DNA from: an uncultured Candidatus Saccharibacteria bacterium
GTDB lineage: Bacteria > Patescibacteriota > Saccharimonadia > Saccharimonadales > UBA10212
Assembly (NCBI GenBank): GCA_965231085.1
Contig: OZ246413.1
Span: forward strand, 344,971 to 408,970
Direction of reading: 5' to 3'
Length of the DNA stretch: 64,000 nucleotides
Part shown: positions 17,286-26,438 of the stretch, piece after piece
Numbering within the stretch: position 1 is the first letter of the stretch
Layout of the letters: the number at the start of each line of letters is the position of its first letter
Position numbers and translations under genes: made by a program
The notes under the pieces: model-generated
Told to the model about the DNA's origin: nothing
The model's database searches: none
What the model saw: the letters and a program-made list of their open reading frames with translations, nothing else

Positions 17286-18557
17286 TTATTCTAACTCTAT
17301 TAGGGCTGAGTCTTTAAAGGCCTTGCCTCGCCGAATAAGTAAGCGCCCGTTTTTAAAATCATCAATCTCAATCGTCTGCTTAGCGGCCTTTTCGCCGTTA
17401 ATATAGATTGCTCCGGCCTCGACCAGGCGACGTGCCTCGGTATTAGACGATGCCAGCCCACTAGCAACCAGCAACTGGACCAACTTTGTACCGGGGTGAG
17501 CAGGCGCGGATTTAATTTGCTGTCTAACTTCATCTACTTCTTTATCTGAGGCATTGGCAATAGATGCTTGACCTGTTAAGTATTTTGTAACACCTGAAGC
17601 CGAGCCTGTTTCCTGTGTGCCATGAACAATTTTTGTGACTTCTTCGGCCAAGACTTTCTGAGCCTTGCGTTTTGATAGGTCGGTTATGTGTTCCTTCATC
17701 AAACTGTCTATTTCTTCCCTGCTCAGGAAAGTATATATTTTTAAATATTCTTCGACGTCTTCATCGCTAGAATTCACCCAAAACTGATAGAACTGCGTTG
17801 AGCTTGTTTTTGCGGGGTCTAACCAGACGGCCCCGTCTTCGCTTTTGCCGAACTTCTTGCCAGTAACCTTATTTACAACCAGGGGCATACTCATGGCATG
17901 CACTTCCTGGCCTTCTTTTTTTCTCACAAGCGGCACACCCGAGAGCATATTACCCCACTGATCGGAGGCGCCAATCTGCAAAACTACACCCTTGTTCTTA
18001 AATAACCACCAAAAATCATAGCCCTGAAGTAGCGAATAGCTAAACTCTGCGTAACTTATACCACTGCCACCCTCGCCAATTCTTGCCGACACAAAGTCTC
18101 TCTGCAATAGCTCAGTCATAGAGTAGTTTTTACCCACATCACGTAAAAAGTCCAGGTATTTCATTTCGCCCATCCAATCGAGGTTATTGACTGTTTCGTG
18201 AGGTGAGTCGCCTAAGATCGTCTCAATTTGGGCCTTAACTGCGGCTACATTATTTTGAATTTCCTCTTTTGGCTTAAGATTTCTTTCTTCTTCCTTACCG
18301 CCTGGATCGCCAACTAGACTCGTGGCCCCACCTGCCAGCATCACGGCCTTCCAACCAGCATCGATGAATCTTTTAGCTAGTAGTATTACCGCTAGATTGC
18401 CGACCGTCATACTGTCGCTGGACGCATCAATTCCAAGATAAAAAGCTTTTGGGTCATCCAGCCATGAGTTATCACTGAATGTCTTATCTTTTATAAGCCC
18501 ACGCCACTTAAGGTCTTCACTCAATTTAGTCATATCTTTAGAATTAGTATAACCCAT
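17286..18557 (-). CDS. tyrS: Tyrosyl-tRNA synthetase (HIGH motif reads TVGN; KMSKS reads KFGKS)
   Basis: 423 aa. Conserved TyrRS blocks GGATSLVGDP, EFSYSLLQGYDF, QIGASDQWGN, KFGKSE and a C-terminal S4 domain. The segment aligned to the HIGH region is DSMTVGNL. Confidence 0.8.
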   Translation of the reverse strand: MGYTNSKDMTKLSEDLKWRGLIKDKTFSDNSWLDDPKAFYLGIDASSDSMTVGNLAVILLAKRFIDAGWKAVMLAGGATSLVGDPGGKEEERNLKPKEEIQNNVAAVKAQIETILGDSPHETVNNLDWMGEMKYLDFLRDVGKNYSMTELLQRDFVSARIGEGGSGISYAEFSYSLLQGYDFWWLFKNKGVVLQIGASDQWGNMLSGVPLVRKKEGQEVHAMSMPLVVNKVTGKKFGKSEDGAVWLDPAKTSSTQFYQFWVNSSDEDVEEYLKIYTFLSREEIDSLMKEHITDLSKRKAQKVLAEEVTKIVHGTQETGSASGVTKYLTGQASIANASDKEVDEVRQQIKSAPAHPGTKLVQLLVASGLASSNTEARRLVEAGAIYINGEKAAKQTIEIDDFKNGRLLIRRGKAFKDSALIELE

Positions 18558-18648
18558 CCTCTTATCTAATAAACTTTAATTTAATACCACTACTAAAGAC
18601 AACCATTTTGGTATAATTAGTTCTTATAGGGGAATGTGAAGCTTAAAG

Positions 18649-21486
18649 ATGGCTAAAAAAATCAGACGACCAAACGTTTCTATAAAAACACGCAGCGGCA
18701 AAACTCTCAAAGTTAATCGAACATTGTTCGACCGCTGGAAGAATATGAAATTATCTAAAGCCAAACGCCGAGCCGAGCGCTTGAGGGGCTTACCCAAATC
18801 GCGCCTAAAACGAATGGTTTGGCGCATAAGTCCAAGACATTTAAAAGAATATTGGTTTAGCCGAGACGGAGCCATAATGGCTTTGAAACTCCTTGGGATT
18901 GGTATTCTGCTGATGTTCATCCTAACCCTTGCCGTTTTTGCTTATTTTAGAAAAGATTTACCGAAACTTAACGATATTTCAGGCGATAATCTAGGTGGAA
19001 GCATCAGTTATTACGATCGAACTGGCCAGACTCTTCTGTGGCAGGATTATAGCGCCGTCAAACGCGTTCCCGTGAAAAGCGAGGATATATCGCCATTCAT
19101 GAAGGAGGCGACGGTTGCAATAGAAGATAGAGATTTCTACAATCACCGTGGGTTTGATATAAAAGGTATTTTTAGAGCTGCTTTTACGGACGCTGTAAAG
19201 CGCAGTAGCGCTCAAGGTGGTTCAACCATAACCCAGCAGCTAGTTAAGCTAACTCAGGACTTTAATCAAAACCGGAACCTGGCCATCAAGGTTAAGGAAT
19301 TAATTTTGGCGGTTGAGGTTGAGAGAACCTATACCAAGGATCAGATACTAACTGGGTATTTGAACGCTGCACCATATGGGGGAGTTGATTATGGAGTTCA
19401 GGCAGCGGCTTCTGACTATTTTCACAAGAATGCTAAGGATCTAACCTTAGCCGAAGCGGCAATGTTGGCCTCGATACCCAAATCACCCACTTATTATTCG
19501 CCATATAATAAAGTCTACTTTGATAAGCAGCTATTCTTAAATCGCCAACACTATGTGCTTGATGTAATGGTCCAGACCGGAAAAATTACCAAGGCCCAGG
19601 CCGAGGCAGCAAAGAGTGTGGACATTCTGGCAGAGGTTCAGCCACAATCTACAAAATACGCTGGGATTCACGCCCCCTACTTTGTCTTGGCGGCTAAGGA
19701 CCAGCTTCAAAAGCAATTTGTGCCAAGTGAAGGCAACGGCTCGGCAAAAATTGGCGGATGGAAGGTCATTACCACTCTTGATTTAAATCTTCAGAACAAG
19801 GCCGAGGAATTGGTATCCAGCAATTACAGCAATGTCTCCAGATATGGTGCAGACGAAGAGGCTTTAGTAGCTGAGGATGTTAAAACTGGGCAGATGATGG
19901 CTCTAGTTGGTGGTACCGACTTTAACAACGAGGATCATGGCAACATTAACTATGCTCAGTGGTATATATCCCCTGGTTCTAGTTTTAAACCATACGACTA
20001 CGTAAGTTTGATTGAGAATACAACAAATGCTGGTGCTGGCTCGGTACTATACGATGTTCAACAGGCTCTACCCGGTTACAGCTGTACCATCAAAGGCCTT
20101 CCGCCACCAAAAGGCAACAGCAACTGTCTTCAGGACTACGACTTTAATTACCCGGGCCCACTGACTTTGCGTTATGCACTAGGCGGATCTAGAAACGTAC
20201 CAGCTGTAAAAGCTATGTTGACTGTCGGGACAGATAAGGTAATTAGCACGGCTAACGCCCTGATGAATGCCGATGGCGCCTACAAATGTTTTAATCCGGG
20301 CGTTGACGTTAATACCGCCACAGCCAGTGACGAGGCTCAGTGTTATGGAGCATCGGCTATTGGCGACGGTGCCTATCTGCACCTTGACCAACACGTTAAT
20401 GGCCTAGCCAGTCTTGCCCGTATGGGCCTGAGTATTCCTCAAACGTACATTCTAAGTATTCAGGATTCTGCCAACAAATCCGTCTATCAGTGGAAGCAGC
20501 CAAAAGTCGGTGATTCGAATGTTAAGCAGGTGGTACGACCAGAAGCAGCCTACATAGTTAACAATATGGCCTCCGATCCCAAAGCCAGTTACTTACCATC
20601 TAATAATAAGTGGCAGACTTATAAGGGGTGGCAAACCGCTGTTAAGACTGGTACTACTAACAATGGTTTCGACGGATTGATGACCGGTTGGAATACTCAA
20701 TATGCAGTTGCTAGCTGGGTTGGCTACCATACTAGAAATAAAGCTTTAACCACCTTCATGGAAAATCTAACTACACCGCTAACCAAGGGTTTAATGGAGT
20801 ATGCTCTGGATAGTCTGAACACCAAGCCAGTCAACTGGACTGAGCCAAGTGGTATTCAACACCTGCCCGCTTTTGTAGTAACTACCCATGTAGGAGTTGG
20901 ATCTATCGAGCCCAGCCCCTCTACAGACATATTCCCTTCTTGGTACAAGCCCAAGTCTGGCTCCGCTAAGAGTTCAACTATTGATAGAATTTCAAATAAG
21001 ATTGCTACCAACTGTACCCCCGAGCTGGCCAAACAAAATCTTTCTGGCAACTCTACCGATAATTACTACTCGGCCGACGTATTTTATCCTCCTGGAGGAT
21101 CAGCTAGCTCTGCTACTGCATCATCCGCGTCCGATGATGTACATAGCTGTAGCGATACATTACCTACCGTCGCATCAGTCTTTGTTAATGGCACTAATAT
21201 AACAACCGGCGGATCGGCAACCTGTACAACTGGATCAGCTTGCACAATTACGGCAACGATTGCTGCTGGCACACACCCACTTAATGATTCTCAGTACCCG
21301 CAATCACCAGGCACGGCCATTCTTCTAATTGATGGTCAGTCGGTTGCATCACAAGCCCTGGGAGATTCACCAAGCACCGTAACCTTTGACTATACTGCTA
21401 CTGGCTCGCATACCGTGGCAATCGAAGCAATCGACAGTGTTCTGTACACCACTACGACTCCTAACGCCACCCTAACAGTTAATTAG
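18649..21486 (+). CDS. Class A penicillin-binding protein (transglycosylase/transpeptidase), with a basic N-terminal tail and a C-terminal Ser/Thr-rich Ig-like extension
   Basis: 945 aa. GT51 motifs EDRDFYNHRGFD and GGSTITQQ. Transpeptidase SPGSSFKP (SxxK) and KTGTT. The first roughly 60 aa are highly K/R-rich and precede the TM segment. Confidence 0.85.
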   Translation: MAKKIRRPNVSIKTRSGKTLKVNRTLFDRWKNMKLSKAKRRAERLRGLPKSRLKRMVWRISPRHLKEYWFSRDGAIMALKLLGIGILLMFILTLAVFAYFRKDLPKLNDISGDNLGGSISYYDRTGQTLLWQDYSAVKRVPVKSEDISPFMKEATVAIEDRDFYNHRGFDIKGIFRAAFTDAVKRSSAQGGSTITQQLVKLTQDFNQNRNLAIKVKELILAVEVERTYTKDQILTGYLNAAPYGGVDYGVQAAASDYFHKNAKDLTLAEAAMLASIPKSPTYYSPYNKVYFDKQLFLNRQHYVLDVMVQTGKITKAQAEAAKSVDILAEVQPQSTKYAGIHAPYFVLAAKDQLQKQFVPSEGNGSAKIGGWKVITTLDLNLQNKAEELVSSNYSNVSRYGADEEALVAEDVKTGQMMALVGGTDFNNEDHGNINYAQWYISPGSSFKPYDYVSLIENTTNAGAGSVLYDVQQALPGYSCTIKGLPPPKGNSNCLQDYDFNYPGPLTLRYALGGSRNVPAVKAMLTVGTDKVISTANALMNADGAYKCFNPGVDVNTATASDEAQCYGASAIGDGAYLHLDQHVNGLASLARMGLSIPQTYILSIQDSANKSVYQWKQPKVGDSNVKQVVRPEAAYIVNNMASDPKASYLPSNNKWQTYKGWQTAVKTGTTNNGFDGLMTGWNTQYAVASWVGYHTRNKALTTFMENLTTPLTKGLMEYALDSLNTKPVNWTEPSGIQHLPAFVVTTHVGVGSIEPSPSTDIFPSWYKPKSGSAKSSTIDRISNKIATNCTPELAKQNLSGNSTDNYYSADVFYPPGGSASSATASSASDDVHSCSDTLPTVASVFVNGTNITTGGSATCTTGSACTITATIAAGTHPLNDSQYPQSPGTAILLIDGQSVASQALGDSPSTVTFDYTATGSHTVAIEAIDSVLYTTTTPNATLTVN

Positions 21487-22828
21487 ATTTTTCTAAGAAC
21501 ATATTGAGCGCTGACCTAAGATCGCTAACGGGCGTTAAAAAGGCTGGCTTTTTGCCAGAAATAACTCTGGGTCCGATGACGGTCTCGAATCCTAATTTCT
21601 GGGCCTCTGATATTCGTTTGTCCAAAAATGGCACATGTCTGACTTCACCAGATAAACCAACTTCACCAAAAACTACCGCATTCTTTTTTAGCTGCATACC
21701 TTTGGCCGCACTCGCAATCGCCATGCAGACAGCCAGATCCGCCGCCGGCTCATTGAGTTTGATCCCACCGACTATGTTAATAAATATATCGTTATCTGCT
21801 AGTTTAAGCTTGGTTCGTTTCTCAATAACTGCCACCAACAGATTGACTCTATTAAGATCTATGCCGCTGGCAGTCCGTTTGGGGTAGCCATAACTCGTTG
21901 GGTTTACTAAGGCTTGCACCTCCACCAGAAGAGGTCTGGTTCCCTCCATGGTAGCTAAAACTATCGATCCATCGCTGGCCTGCCTTTCCGAGAGCAGGGC
22001 CGCCGATGGATTAGGGACCGACATCAGCCCCTGCTCCGTCATCTCAAAGATACCTGCTTCGTTGGTTGAGCCAAATCTATTCTTTACCCCTCGAAGGATC
22101 TTGAACCCGCCGTAGCGGTCCCCCTCCAGCTGCAACACTACATCGACAACATGTTCTAATATTTTGGGCCCAGCGATCGAACCCTCCTTAGTGACGTGCC
22201 CAACGATAATAAGCGCTGTGTTTGTGGCTTTAGCAGAAAGGGTCAGTAAATGCGCACTATTGGTTATCTGGCTCACCGAGCCCGTGCTTGAACCAACTTC
22301 GTTAACCGATATCGCTTGAATTGAGTCCACTATTACCAGGTCATAACCCCCGCTATTAATAGTTGTAGCTATGTCATTAGTAATATTGGAGACTGCTAGT
22401 TCTAGCCTTGCGTTCTTTGCATTCAAACGTTGGGCTCTTAGAGCTATTTGTTGAGCTGATTCCTCGCCGCTAACATAAAGAACTTTATACTTTTTTGAAA
22501 CATTATTTGCTAACTGAAGCAATAGAGTGCTCTTACCTATACCCGGCTGGCCAGCGACAAGATTTACGCTACCCGGAACAAGTCCTCCTCCTAAAACAAT
22601 GTCAACTTCTTCGATATCGGTGGTTATTCTTTTGGTCTTTGCGGCTGAGGCACTAGTAATTGATTCAGTCTTTAATTTCAGGCCAGCCAATCCTTTGCTG
22701 CTAGCAATAACGTCTATCTGCTCTTCTAGCGTGTTCCATTCACCACAGTTGCTGCATCTACCAACCCAAGACGAATATGTTTCACCGCAATTCGAACAAA
22801 CAAATTTTGCACCCTTATTTTTAGCCAT
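21479..22828 (-). CDS. radA: DNA repair protein RadA/Sms
   Basis: 449 aa with zinc finger CSNCGETYSSWVGRCSNCGEW, RecA-like GQPGIGKSTLLLQ and a Lon-like C-terminus. Confidence 0.9.
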   Translation of the reverse strand: MAKNKGAKFVCSNCGETYSSWVGRCSNCGEWNTLEEQIDVIASSKGLAGLKLKTESITSASAAKTKRITTDIEEVDIVLGGGLVPGSVNLVAGQPGIGKSTLLLQLANNVSKKYKVLYVSGEESAQQIALRAQRLNAKNARLELAVSNITNDIATTINSGGYDLVIVDSIQAISVNEVGSSTGSVSQITNSAHLLTLSAKATNTALIIVGHVTKEGSIAGPKILEHVVDVVLQLEGDRYGGFKILRGVKNRFGSTNEAGIFEMTEQGLMSVPNPSAALLSERQASDGSIVLATMEGTRPLLVEVQALVNPTSYGYPKRTASGIDLNRVNLLVAVIEKRTKLKLADNDIFINIVGGIKLNEPAADLAVCMAIASAAKGMQLKKNAVVFGEVGLSGEVRHVPFLDKRISEAQKLGFETVIGPRVISGKKPAFLTPVSDLRSALNMFLEKSN

Positions 22829-22843
22829 ATTTACAGTTTATCA

Positions 22844-23824
22844 CTACTGAGCGGGCTGTGTGCTGACCCTGGTATCTAAAGCTTTATATAGGCTGTTTTG
22901 AGTGTGAGCTAAATTATTATAGCTAGTGACCAAGTCATTAATCTCAGCCACCTGCGCATTATACTTGGCAACTAATGCCTTATAAGCCGCGACCCTGTTA
23001 TTAAATGGGTCTACGCCCTCATTATAGGTATTTATGTCTCCGGAGTTTTTTAGAGCTTGGAGTCTGTCAGATTCGGATTTCAAAGAGGTTTCCTGGCTAG
23101 CAATAATGGATTGCTCATCTGAGAGTTGAGATTTTAGGTCAGATATTTTTTGATTTATATCTGCTAGTTGCTGTCGATTTTGAGTAAAAACAGACTGGTA
23201 TTGATTAGCTAGTGCTACAACAGCCGAACGATTAACAAAGTATTTTTTATAGTAGCTCTCTAAACTTGGTGGTAAACTTGTGACCTCGGTACCAAAGATT
23301 GAGTGCATCTCGTTTAATAAACCATTGGGCTCAGTCTTTTTATATAAATTGATGATATCGATTAACCTCTGATCGTGGAGATCGTTATCGTAATAATTTT
23401 GCAATAGATTGTTGATATTCTTTTTGTCCGCTCGACTTAGGCGATCATAGGCCGCATGCAGCATTTCATGAGCAGCTGTAACCTGCTGGACTCCAGCCAG
23501 GCGCGGATCCTGGACGTCATATATGGCAATACCGCTTTCGCCCGCCATGTAACAACCAAGGACTATTGTTTGTTCGTCCTCTGGGCAATCCTGACGAAAA
23601 TTCTGAGTGTTAGAATCAAGTTTTGGATGGTTCACGTAAAAAAGATGCTTGGCATAGTCTGTCATAGTAACCTGCGAAGCAATACTTGCAACAGGTGCTG
23701 GAGCTGTATAGTTCAGTAATTTTACCCAGTCCTCTATGGCACTGGCCTTCCACCAAACAAGCGGCAAAATTGATAGCATCGCTGCCCACAACGCGATCCT
23801 TGTTAGTGATCTAACTGAGCTCAT
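22844..23824 (-). CDS. Membrane-anchored hypothetical protein with an HExxH motif and a C-terminal coiled coil
   Basis: 326 aa. N-terminal TM (IALWAAMLSILPLVWW), AAHEMLHAAYDR (HExxH), then a long Q/N/S-rich heptad-like segment. Sits between clpC and radA, 24 nt downstream of clpC. Confidence 0.5.
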   Translation of the reverse strand: MSSVRSLTRIALWAAMLSILPLVWWKASAIEDWVKLLNYTAPAPVASIASQVTMTDYAKHLFYVNHPKLDSNTQNFRQDCPEDEQTIVLGCYMAGESGIAIYDVQDPRLAGVQQVTAAHEMLHAAYDRLSRADKKNINNLLQNYYDNDLHDQRLIDIINLYKKTEPNGLLNEMHSIFGTEVTSLPPSLESYYKKYFVNRSAVVALANQYQSVFTQNRQQLADINQKISDLKSQLSDEQSIIASQETSLKSESDRLQALKNSGDINTYNEGVDPFNNRVAAYKALVAKYNAQVAEINDLVTSYNNLAHTQNSLYKALDTRVSTQPAQ

Positions 23825-23848
23825 TGATTAACAGTATAGCAATATCTA

Positions 23849-26344
23849 CTATTCAGCGACAGTTGAGTAAGTTAGTTCTGCACTCTTAGTTTTTTGCCCC
23901 CTGCCGATACCGACACTGACAACATCCCCTTTGGAGTAAGTGTCTTCCAAAAGGCCCGCGGCAATGGCGTCCTCTAGTGTTTCTTGCAATAACCTACGCA
24001 TCGGTCTGGCTCCGTTATGAGCATCGTAGCCTTCTTTTAGAAGGTGCTCTTTTGCGGCTTTACTAACCTCTAGACCGATACCCTTCTTAACTAGTCGACT
24101 GCGCAGATCATCAATTTGTATATCAAGGATCTGCAAGGCATCTTTTTTGGTGAGGGCTCTAAAGACTATGGTCTTATCAATTCGGTTCAATAATTCCGGA
24201 CGCATCATTTTCTTTAGATCTTCTAAGACTTTTTCCTTGTTGGCGGCATGCAACTCATCGAGATTCTCGAAGTCTGAGGTTTTTATCGCACTAAAACCAA
24301 AGCTAGCCTCCTTCTGAAGTTTCTCGGCTCCAATATTGCTAGTCATAATAACTATGGTATTTGTAAAATCCACCTTTCGGCCTTTGGCGTCGGTGAGAGC
24401 CCCGTCTTCTAGAATTTGGAGTAACATATTAAACACTTCCGGGTGAGCTTTCTCGATTTCGTCAAAGAGCACAACACTATATGGCTGACGGCGGATCTTA
24501 TCGGTTAACTGACCCCCATCGTCGTAGCCAACGTAGCCGGCCGGAGCACCTACCAGTCTTGAGACTGTATGGTGCTCACCAAATTCACTCATATCTATCT
24601 TAATGAGTGATTCTTCACTACCAAAAAACTCTCGGGCTAAAACTCTGGCCAGTTCCGTCTTGCCGACCCCAGTAGGACCGAGGAATATAAATGAACCTAT
24701 CGGCCGTTTCCCGCTTGATATCCCCGAACGTGACCGACGAACGGCTTTAGCCACGGTCGTAACGGCTTCATCCTGACCAATGATATATTTACCTAGATTT
24801 TTTTCTAAGTTAATCAGGTACTTGGCTTCGCTCTTAATAACCTTGGATACGGGGACTCCTGTCATCCTGGCAACTGTCTCGGCAATATCGTCACTATTAA
24901 GATTAATTGGGCGACCAGTTTTGTGAGTCTCTTCAAGTTTATTAATTTTTTGGTTAACCTGGCTAGCTTTTTGTTTTTCTCGGGCTGCCCTCTCGTAATC
25001 CTCATTATCGACAGCATCTTCGATTCGACTGTTGATTAGTTTTAATTCTTTTTGAAGCTGGCGAAGTTGCGGCGGCGTTTTACCCTTATTAACTCTTAGA
25101 TGAGCGGCTGTTTCATCAAGTAAGTCTATGGCTTTATCTGGCATAAACCGATCATTGATATACCTTGCAGCAAACTGGACTGTGTCCTCTAGCGCTTCGT
25201 CGCTAACTTTTACGTTATGAAATTCTTCGTAGCGGCGTTTAAGACCCTTTAAGATTGCCAATGTTTCAACTTTTGTGGTTTCTGGTACTTGGATTGGCTG
25301 AAAACGACGCTCTAGTGCAGCATCTTTTTCAACATATCTAGTGTACTCATCGGTTGTGGTTGCACCAATTAAGTGAATTTTTCCGCGGGCTAGTGATGGC
25401 TTAAGAATATTGCCAGCGTCCATTGAGCCTTCAGCAGAACCAGCCCCAACAATTAAATGAAGCTCATCAATAAAAACTATGGCGTTTTTATCTTGCTCTA
25501 ATTCGGCAATTACTTTTTTTAGTCTTTCTTCAAACTCACCACGGTATTTGGTGCCAGCAATCATACCGGCCAAGTCTAAGGTAATAATTTTTTTATCAAG
25601 TAAACTGTCTGGTACTTCTTCGTTGACTATTCTTTGGGCAATCCCTTCAACAATTGCTGTTTTGCCAACGCCCGGCTCGCCAATAAGCACAGGGTTATTC
25701 TTAGTTCGTCGATTAAGAATTGTTATGACTCTTTTTATCTGAGCTTCGCGGCCAACAACTGGATCAAGTTTATTATCCTTAGCAAGCTGAGTTAGGTCAG
25801 TACCGAAGTGTTCAAGAGCTGTTTTTTTACCCACTCGAGAGCGGCGCCTAGAGCTAGTATCGGTCTGATCGCCATCGTACTGTTGACGATTTAAGAACTG
25901 CTCAACCTCGCTAGAGAGAGTGTCTACATCGACACTCATATCTCTTAGAAGCACTGTTGCTCTAGCGTTTTTTTGGCTCAGAATGCTGTATAAAATATGT
26001 TCTGTTCCGCAGTAGTCCTGGTTGAATTCCTGGGCAATTTCCCATGCCATTTTAAGCGTCAACTTGGCAGTTTCAGAAAGACCCTTGCTCCCCATATTAA
26101 TAACGATAGTTTTGGGCGTTAGATTCAATGCTAGACGCGCTCGGTCCAGCGTTACACCAACTCCCTCAAGTATCTTAGACGCTATCGATCCTTCCTGAGC
26201 CAAAACACCCAATAATAGGTGTTCTGTGCCAATATAGGCACTGCCTGAGGCCCTGGCAATTGCATCCGCGTGCTTCAGGCTATGAAGCGCGTTACTAGTC
26301 ATGTGCGCCAAAAAGTCTTGAAAGTCTGGTGAACTTGGAAACAT
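23849..26344 (-). CDS. clpC: ATP-dependent Clp protease ATP-binding subunit ClpC
   Basis: 831 aa with Clp_N repeats, two AAA+ modules (GEPGVGKT; GPTGVGKT) and a UVR-like linker. Confidence 0.85.
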   Translation of the reverse strand: MFPSSPDFQDFLAHMTSNALHSLKHADAIARASGSAYIGTEHLLLGVLAQEGSIASKILEGVGVTLDRARLALNLTPKTIVINMGSKGLSETAKLTLKMAWEIAQEFNQDYCGTEHILYSILSQKNARATVLLRDMSVDVDTLSSEVEQFLNRQQYDGDQTDTSSRRRSRVGKKTALEHFGTDLTQLAKDNKLDPVVGREAQIKRVITILNRRTKNNPVLIGEPGVGKTAIVEGIAQRIVNEEVPDSLLDKKIITLDLAGMIAGTKYRGEFEERLKKVIAELEQDKNAIVFIDELHLIVGAGSAEGSMDAGNILKPSLARGKIHLIGATTTDEYTRYVEKDAALERRFQPIQVPETTKVETLAILKGLKRRYEEFHNVKVSDEALEDTVQFAARYINDRFMPDKAIDLLDETAAHLRVNKGKTPPQLRQLQKELKLINSRIEDAVDNEDYERAAREKQKASQVNQKINKLEETHKTGRPINLNSDDIAETVARMTGVPVSKVIKSEAKYLINLEKNLGKYIIGQDEAVTTVAKAVRRSRSGISSGKRPIGSFIFLGPTGVGKTELARVLAREFFGSEESLIKIDMSEFGEHHTVSRLVGAPAGYVGYDDGGQLTDKIRRQPYSVVLFDEIEKAHPEVFNMLLQILEDGALTDAKGRKVDFTNTIVIMTSNIGAEKLQKEASFGFSAIKTSDFENLDELHAANKEKVLEDLKKMMRPELLNRIDKTIVFRALTKKDALQILDIQIDDLRSRLVKKGIGLEVSKAAKEHLLKEGYDAHNGARPMRRLLQETLEDAIAAGLLEDTYSKGDVVSVGIGRGQKTKSAELTYSTVAE

Positions 26345-26366
26345 AGTACTTAAATAATATCACAAG

Positions 26367-26393
26367 TTGGCACTCTCAAGTCAAGAGTGCCAA
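26367..26393 (-). terminator. Hairpin terminator after nusA; copy 2 of the shared AGTCAAGAGTGCCAA element
   Basis: Perfect 10-bp inverted repeat TTGGCACTCT-caagtca-AGAGTGCCAA. On the minus strand it is followed by a U-rich tract. Confidence 0.5.
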
Positions 26394-26438
26394 TTGAGTC
26401 TGAATTTAGTAAAAATATCCCTGTTCTAAAAACTAAAT

